Source: Sedimentisphaeraceae bacterium JB056
GTDB taxonomy: Bacteria > Planctomycetota > Phycisphaerae > Sedimentisphaerales > Sedimentisphaeraceae
Assembly (NCBI GenBank): GCA_044440125.1
Contig: JBITAJ010000010.1
Coordinates: 1 to 32,281 of the forward strand
Length of the DNA stretch: 32,281 nt
Reading direction: 5' to 3'
The position numbers and the translations under genes are program-made. How positions within the stretch are numbered: position 1 is the stretch's first letter; each line of letters starts with the position of its first letter. Below the pieces are notes generated by a model, which saw only the letters and a list, made by a program, of their open reading frames with translations, searched no databases and was not told where the DNA came from. Shown piece by piece: positions 26,723-32,281 of the stretch.

Positions 26723-27943
26723 ATGTCCCGTTCAAAACGTATGACCTTTGGTTGGTTTGATTATGCCGCCTTTATAATATTTGCGGCTTATGCTTCAGGC
26801 TCTGTGGTGATACCTGTTGCTCTGGTTCAGCTTTCAAACGATCTGGGGTTCTCATTGGCTGAAGGTGGGTTGAGTGCCGGAGGTGCTTTGCATCTCGGAC
26901 GTACTTTGCCGATGATACTTGCAATGGTTTTGTCCGGATTTGTTGCCGGAAGATGGGGACTTAGACGTACGCTTGGCTATTCTGTGTTATTGATGGTGAC
27001 AGGTCTTGCTATTTGTGCGTTTGCACCTTTTTATGGTGTTTTGTTTATTGCACTGATGGTGGCTGGTGCGGGAGAAGGAGTAATAGAGGGGGTGGCAACG
27101 CCTTTTGTTGAGAGGCTGCATAAAGGGGAGAGCGGACGCTATATAAATTTTACACATAGCTTTTGGTCTGTCGGTATCGTAGTAACTGTTTTGGGGGCTG
27201 GCTGGCTTCTCTCTTTGGGAGTTTCGTGGAGATGGATTACACTTACAGTGGCCGTTATGGCTCTTATTCCCGCCTTAATGCTCTTGCGACCTTTTAAAAA
27301 TATTCAGATATACCCCGAGCATCCAGAGCCGCTGCATTGGAAGATAGTTCACGATCAGTTGATGGAGATAGTGAGAATTCCCAGATTCTGGCTGTTTTTC
27401 GCAGCAATGATACTTGCCGGAGGTGGGGAATTCTGTCTCACATTCTGGAGCGCAAGCTACATACAGCTTAGCTTTACCCCTGAGCCGTGGGCAGGCGGAG
27501 TCGGTACGGCATGTTTTGCAGGGGGAATGGTGCTGGGACGCACTGGTTGGGGGTATTTCATAAAGCAGCACCAATTGAACAGGCTTATCTTCTTTTCAGC
27601 GATTGGCGGCACAATCGTTACGCTGTTTTTTCCTATCCTGTCGAATTTATGGGTGTTTTTTGTGTTGCTGTTTGTCTCAGGCATAGCGACTGCGCCATTT
27701 TGGCCAAGTATACAGAGTTATACAACGGACAGGTTTCCACATGTCGATACAACAATGCTTTTCATACTTCTCTCGTGTGCAGGTATTCCCGGCTGCGGTT
27801 TTTTTACGTGGTTGATGGGGTATATTGGAAATCAGACCGGCGGGCTTAGTGTCGCATTCTATATAGTACCGGCTTGCTACATTTTGATAGCCATTATAAT
27901 CGGCGGCGATTGGCTGCATGAACGGCGTAGGCAAATTGAGTAG
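26723..27943 (+). CDS. MFS transporter (FucP/sugar permease-like)
   Basis: About 12 TM helices and a GRWGLRR motif-A-like loop. Start moved to ATG 26723 because the longer ORF overlaps rubredoxin and the terminator. Confidence 0.88.
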   Translation: MSRSKRMTFGWFDYAAFIIFAAYASGSVVIPVALVQLSNDLGFSLAEGGLSAGGALHLGRTLPMILAMVLSGFVAGRWGLRRTLGYSVLLMVTGLAICAFAPFYGVLFIALMVAGAGEGVIEGVATPFVERLHKGESGRYINFTHSFWSVGIVVTVLGAGWLLSLGVSWRWITLTVAVMALIPALMLLRPFKNIQIYPEHPEPLHWKIVHDQLMEIVRIPRFWLFFAAMILAGGGEFCLTFWSASYIQLSFTPEPWAGGVGTACFAGGMVLGRTGWGYFIKQHQLNRLIFFSAIGGTIVTLFFPILSNLWVFFVLLFVSGIATAPFWPSIQSYTTDRFPHVDTTMLFILLSCAGIPGCGFFTWLMGYIGNQTGGLSVAFYIVPACYILIAIIIGGDWLHERRRQIE

Positions 27944-27962
27944 TACACTGTTGTGATTGATT

Positions 27963-27990
27963 GTAGAGACGCGATTAATCGCGTCTCTAC
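27963..27990. repeat. REP: perfect 28-bp palindrome GTAGAGACGCGATTAATCGCGTCTCTAC
   Basis: GTAG-tailed palindrome upstream of the RAYT gene. A second copy with 1 mismatch lies at 28354-28381. Confidence 0.9.
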
Positions 27991-28068
27991 GAGACCGTTT
28001 AAACTGAATTGTGGACAAAGTATTATTATTGTTGTATAATCCAATCATGAATTTATAGGGGATTGGAT

Positions 28069-28628
28069 ATGGGAGAAAATACAATAATAAATATCGTGTT
28101 GACTCTTTACGGTTGAGAAACTGGGATTACGGATGCAATGCATCATATTTTATTACGATATGTACATTTCAAATGAAACATTATTTCGGCAGAATTTCTG
28201 GTGGTCATATGATTTACAATCCTATTGGTATGATTGCTAAAGAATGCTGGTGCGAAATACCGAAATATTTTCTGTGGATTCGTCTGGAAGAATTTGTGAT
28301 TATGCCCAATCATATTCATGGGATAATAGTTTTCAATAAAGATGAAAATCCACGTAGAGACGCGATTAATCGCGTCTCCACCGGCGGTGTTACAGGAAAT
28401 GATAATCCTATGCGGAAAAACAATCTGGCTCGTATTATCAGATGGTATAAGGGACGGACGTCATTTGAAATACATAAAATAGCTAAGTCATTCCGATGGC
28501 AGCCAAGATATTACGAACATATAATCAGAAGTATTCAGTCTTTCAGGCAGATTCAAGGATATATAGCTACTAACCCGCAAAATTGGCACACTGATCATTT
28601 GAACGAATGTGCTAATAACTATCTGTAA
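28069..28628 (+). mobile_element. REP-associated tyrosine transposase (RAYT/TnpA-REP, HUH Y1 family), apparently frameshifted just after the start codon
   Basis: YFITIC, MPNHIHGI (HUH), WQPRYYEHIIR and YIATNP motifs. The conserved N-terminus KYNNKYRVDSLRLRNWDY is out of frame with ATG 28069. Confidence 0.88.
28354..28381. repeat. Second REP copy, in frame inside the RAYT gene (encodes RRDAINRVST)
   Basis: GTAGAGACGCGATTAATCGCGTCTCCAC, 27/28 identical to 27963-27990. Confidence 0.9.
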
Positions 28629-29452
28629 TATTTTCTGAAATCGGTTGGGGTTATTTTGAGCTTCTTTTTGAACAGTCGTGAGAAATATAGTTGGTCGTTG
28701 AAGCCGCACTGATAGCTCACTTGCTTTACGGGAAGTCGTGTTTGTGCGAGCAGAAGTTGTGCCTGGGCTATCCGCCTGCCTATTATGTATTCGTTCACTG
28801 CCATGCCGTAGCGTTTTTTGAACAGTCTCGCAAAGTGTGTTGAGGAATATCCGGCTTCTTCAGCGATTTCATCAAGCGAGAGACTGCGATGAAGATTCTG
28901 CATTATAAAACGATGAGCTTGTTCCATTAGATAGTCGTTTCCGTGAATTCCGGTGTCATTAAGAGGCGTTCTCAATACGGCCATCATATTGAACAATGTA
29001 GCGGTATATTCTTCGTAAGCCGCATCTCGTTTAACCGCAGCGCCTATCTGTTCAAAAAGGTACTTCAGTCTTTCATTCGGTATATTTATAGTCGTTGGAA
29101 GCAGCTTGTTCCATGTCTCTAAAATACCATCGCTGGCTTTGAAGCTTACCCAGTAACTTTCCCATATATGTCCTGGTAATGTGCCGTAAGTATGTATTTC
29201 CATCTGTGGTATGAAAAAACAGTCGTATTTATTGATCTCATAATATTTTCCACGGAATTCGAGCGATGCACCATCGGAATAGCTGAATACCAGTGTATGA
29301 TCGGGATACCGGCGGTTGATTACACGTCCGTTTTGGTCCTGAGTGACGTGACCGGCGCCGGTCATACCTATTGCATATTTAGAAAGATATTCTGGCGGAT
29401 GAAAATATGTGTACCAGTGTGAACTATTTATTGTTAAAGTTCTTTTGTCCAT
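28619..29452 (-). CDS. AraC-family transcriptional regulator
   Basis: Cupin-type N-terminus. C-terminal SLDEIAEEAGYSSTHFARLFK...GFNDQLYFSRLFKK. Confidence 0.95.
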   Translation of the reverse strand: MDKRTLTINSSHWYTYFHPPEYLSKYAIGMTGAGHVTQDQNGRVINRRYPDHTLVFSYSDGASLEFRGKYYEINKYDCFFIPQMEIHTYGTLPGHIWESYWVSFKASDGILETWNKLLPTTINIPNERLKYLFEQIGAAVKRDAAYEEYTATLFNMMAVLRTPLNDTGIHGNDYLMEQAHRFIMQNLHRSLSLDEIAEEAGYSSTHFARLFKKRYGMAVNEYIIGRRIAQAQLLLAQTRLPVKQVSYQCGFNDQLYFSRLFKKKLKITPTDFRKYYR

Positions 29453-29554
29453 AGAATGTTTCTTTTGTGTATTTAATTATGCTTAAATAGTGTTATAGTA
29501 TAGTTATATTGTACTAATTATTCTTGGATGTCAATGTTTTTTAATGAGGATATT

Positions 29555-30721
29555 ATGGGTAGTATTATAACTGATGATGGTGTTGTCTCAATGGTGAGCC
29601 GGGATGAAATGACTTTTTCGGCCAGAAAACTCAGGGATACTTACGAGATTAAGGCTGATGCACCTTTTTATCATAAGACTTTTGGATTGTGGATGTGTCT
29701 GGAGAGCTGGTATGAGAACGGACTTGACAGAAATACCGATCTCAATGAGCTTTTTATGTTTGATGAGCCGGGTTTTCATGCTCTTGGTCAGTTGGGTTGG
29801 TGTGAAGCGGCATTTTGCCCTCAATTTGATAGTCTCGTGCTTGAAGATCGAGGCGAACATGAGGTGGTGCAGGATTTTGCAGGCCGCTCAGTGCTTTATT
29901 TCAAAGGTAAAAGACAGGGATTCATGCCTGAATATATCGATCATCCGGTAAAGGATATGGCGACCTGGGAGAAAAATGTCAAATGGCGGCTTGATCCTGA
30001 TGCCTCAGGACGTTTCGATACTCTTGGGCAGCGTATGGAAGAGGCCCGTTCCGCTGCGGCCAAGGGCTTGATGATACAGCAGAATATAATAGGCGGATAT
30101 ATGTATCTTCGCAGTCTTATGGGGCCTGAGGATATAATGTATGTCTTTTATGATAAGCCCGACCTTGTTCACGACTGCATGAAGACATGGCTGAAGTTGG
30201 CCGATGCGGTTACTGCGGCTCATCAGAAATACGTTACGTTTGATGAAATATTTCTGGCCGAGGATATCTGCTACAATCACGGTCCGCTCGTTTCGCCGGA
30301 TATGATGCGTGAGTTCCTATTTCCATATTATCAGCAATTGATATCTAACATCAAAAGTAGACAGATCGATAAGGATCGCAGACTTTATATTCAGGTCGAT
30401 ACAGATGGTGATTTGCGACCTGTTATAGATGTTTATCGCGAAAATATAGGTATGGACATGATTGATCCATTTGAAGTGGCCTCGGGTTGTGATGTTGTTG
30501 AGATAACTAAGGGGTATCCGTGGCTTATAGCATCTGGGGGTATTGATAAAAGGGTGCTTTCCGAAGATTTTGATACAATCGATCGGTATCTTGAAGGTAT
30601 ATTGCCCGTGATGAGAAAACGTGGCGGCTACATACCTACTTGCGATCACGGCGTACCTTCGGAAGTTCCATGGCAGAACTATTTACATTATCGCAAGCGT
30701 TGTGTAGAATACGGAAGTTGA
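29555..30721 (+). CDS. Uroporphyrinogen decarboxylase / methylcobalamin:CoM methyltransferase (URO-D/CIMS) superfamily protein
   Basis: LRSLMG, EDICY..GPLVSP, DTDG, GGIDK and GGYIPTCDH motifs. GAGGA RBS before ATG 29555. Confidence 0.85.
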   Translation: MGSIITDDGVVSMVSRDEMTFSARKLRDTYEIKADAPFYHKTFGLWMCLESWYENGLDRNTDLNELFMFDEPGFHALGQLGWCEAAFCPQFDSLVLEDRGEHEVVQDFAGRSVLYFKGKRQGFMPEYIDHPVKDMATWEKNVKWRLDPDASGRFDTLGQRMEEARSAAAKGLMIQQNIIGGYMYLRSLMGPEDIMYVFYDKPDLVHDCMKTWLKLADAVTAAHQKYVTFDEIFLAEDICYNHGPLVSPDMMREFLFPYYQQLISNIKSRQIDKDRRLYIQVDTDGDLRPVIDVYRENIGMDMIDPFEVASGCDVVEITKGYPWLIASGGIDKRVLSEDFDTIDRYLEGILPVMRKRGGYIPTCDHGVPSEVPWQNYLHYRKRCVEYGS

Positions 30722-30752
30722 AAAACTTAATTTTAAAATTTTAGTGGGGATT

Positions 30753-31835
30753 ATGCGTATGTCGGTTGAATTTACAAAACAGCAGTGGGATAAGATAAAA
30801 ACAGATTCCAACAAATGGTGGAAGGGGGAGCTTGGACGCCCGCTTCTGCAGGTTCGGTTGAATGATCCTGCAAAAGAAAAATCGAAATACTCCTTTCAGT
30901 CTTTCTATCCATTGGATGAACCTGCTTCGGTAATAGTTGATGATTGGGAAAAAGAGCTTGATTCTACACTTCATCTTGGTGATGCTTTTCCACATATATG
31001 GCCTAATTTCGGTCCCGGCTGCATAGCGGCATTTATGGGGGCTGACCTTGTAAATGGCCAAGAGACGGCATGGTTTCATCCAAAAGAAGATAAAGAGCTC
31101 AGGGATCTCGCTTTCAATTATATTCCTGACAACAAATGGCTGATCAGGGTTAAGGATATAGTGGAAGAGGTGTTGAACAGATGGCAGGGTGGTGTGCAGC
31201 TTGGTCTTACCGACCTTGGCGGCAATCTTGATATTTTATCTACGTTTCGCCCATCGGAAAAACTGCTTTTCGATCTTTATGATTGCCCTGATGATGTTAA
31301 AAAAATGACGTGGGAAGCCCATGAGCTTTGGTGGAAGTATTTTGAGGAGTTTCATACTAAGATGCTTACGGCAAATCCCGGCTATTCGAGTTGGGCGAGG
31401 ATTTTTTCCGAGCAGCCCCATTATATGCTTCAATGTGATTTCTGCTATATGATCGGCCCTGATATGTTCGACGAGTTCGTCAAGCCCGAGCTTGCGGCAA
31501 GTTGTGATAAGCTGGAGAATGCTTTCTATCACCTCGATGGTCCCGGTGAACTGCCTCATCTTGACAGCTTGCTTGAGATAGACTCTCTCAAAGGCGTGCA
31601 ATGGATACCGGGGGCGGGGACTGAGGATAATACTAACTGGCCTGATGTTTACCGTAAGATATCTGATGCCGGCAAGAAAATTCAGATATTCTCTCAGCAT
31701 TCGGAAAAGCCGTTCGAGCAGCAGCTTGATATTATAGCGGACCAGATCGGGCGATGCGATAACATCGTATTTATGATAGATGCCGACATATCCGAAAGAG
31801 AAAGAGCAAAGAACCTGTTGGAAAAATTCTGTTGA
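30753..31835 (+). CDS. URO-D/CIMS superfamily protein of a divergent subfamily
   Basis: NFGPG, QCDFCYMIGPDMFDEFVKP, YHLDGPG and QWIPGAG motifs. Confidence 0.75.
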   Translation: MRMSVEFTKQQWDKIKTDSNKWWKGELGRPLLQVRLNDPAKEKSKYSFQSFYPLDEPASVIVDDWEKELDSTLHLGDAFPHIWPNFGPGCIAAFMGADLVNGQETAWFHPKEDKELRDLAFNYIPDNKWLIRVKDIVEEVLNRWQGGVQLGLTDLGGNLDILSTFRPSEKLLFDLYDCPDDVKKMTWEAHELWWKYFEEFHTKMLTANPGYSSWARIFSEQPHYMLQCDFCYMIGPDMFDEFVKPELAASCDKLENAFYHLDGPGELPHLDSLLEIDSLKGVQWIPGAGTEDNTNWPDVYRKISDAGKKIQIFSQHSEKPFEQQLDIIADQIGRCDNIVFMIDADISERERAKNLLEKFC

Positions 31836-31878
31836 TATAGAATTATCCTGCTTTAATCTATAAAATAAGTGAGAGTTT

Positions 31879-31909
31879 AAAGCCTCTCAGCGTTGTCTGA
31901 GGGGTTTTT
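31879..31909 (+). terminator. Rho-independent terminator
   Basis: AAAGCCTCTCAG-CGTTGT-CTGAGGGGTTTTT. Confidence 0.75.
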
Positions 31910-31953
31910 CTCTTTATATTTTGAAAAACTTGTTAAAAAACTGATATTAGGTA

Positions 31954-32109
31954 TTGACGTTGTGGTTTAATTACATATAATTCCCCGCTCACTCGTTAGT
32001 GAAGTTTGAAATTTCTTTTTCGGGTGTTTTTTTGTGTCATGTTGCGGCGATAAAAAAAGTTGAAAACTTATAAAAAATCGCTTGACTGGCGGCGTTAAAT
32101 CGCTATTAT
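31954..32109 (+). promoter_or_regulatory. Tandem stable-RNA (rrn P1/P2-like) promoters
   Basis: TTGACG-16-TATAAT (31954-31981) followed by GC-rich TCCCCGC, and TTGACT-16-TATTAT (32082-32109). Both have A-tract UP-like regions. Confidence 0.75.
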
Positions 32110-32143
32110 GTTTCTTCTGTCGTTTTTGGCAGAGACTGACATA

Positions 32144-32156
32144 AGTTCTTTAATAA
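32144..32156 (+). promoter_or_regulatory. BoxA-like antitermination element
   Basis: AGTTCTTTAATAA between the promoters and the tRNA. Confidence 0.55.
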
Positions 32157-32218
32157 AAACTGAATATAAGCCGATAAAAATGAGTCTTGGGCTTTAGTCC
32201 TTAGGTTCTTTAAGGTTT

Positions 32219-32281
32219 GGGCTCATAGCTCAGCCGGCTAGAGCGTTCGCCTGATAAGCGAGAGGTCGGAGGTTCGAGTCC
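32219..32281 (+). tRNA. tRNA-Ile (GAT), 3' end cut by the window edge
   Basis: GGGCTCA-TA-GCTCAG D-arm. TTCGC-CTGATAA-GCGAG anticodon arm with GAT at 32253-32255. GGTTCGAGTCC T-arm. Confidence 0.95.

Noticed and set aside
27677..28084. 135-aa minus-strand ORF containing RRDAINRVST
   Set aside because: The shared peptide comes from reading the palindromic REP. The ORF overlaps the MFS 3' end antisense.
27963..28381. Palindromic repeats as a CRISPR array
   Set aside because: Only two copies about 390 bp apart, no spacer periodicity and no cas genes. Explained as REPs.
29555..31835. Calling the URO-D-fold genes hemE
   Set aside because: They lack the HemE N-terminal RQAGR motif and any tetrapyrrole gene context.

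Overview
The window has four blocks. (1) 1-8990 is the 3' end of an RHS polymorphic-toxin locus. It holds a large RHS protein that is open at the window edge, two orphan RHS/C-terminal modules and five membrane immunity-type genes, one of them truncated. The RHS shell carries two unusual inserted domains, one golvesin/Xly-type CBM-like and one dockerin/EF-hand-like. (2) 9.2-22 kb is metabolic and housekeeping: an aldo/keto reductase-SGNH esterase-Na+/solute symporter operon, ruvX, dapL, purL, a DUF1573 protein, a CxxCH c-heme sensor kinase and a YdcF-family gene. (3) 22.5-26.6 kb is a PerR-headed oxygen-defence operon (perR, rbr, fprA, dfx, ferritin, a ferritin-like protein and a rubredoxin missed by the ORF track), with a palindromic operator inside the promoter. 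(4) 26.7 kb to the end has an MFS transporter, a RAYT/Y1 transposase with a 5' frameshift and its REP palindrome both upstream and inside its coding sequence, an AraC regulator with two URO-D/methyltransferase-fold genes, and rrn-like tandem promoters plus boxA leading directly into tRNA-Ile(GAT) with no 16S gene. Gene content and motifs suggest an anaerobic planctomycete, possibly Phycisphaerae/Sedimentisphaerales; this is inference. All family calls are by motif recognition, and no searches were run.
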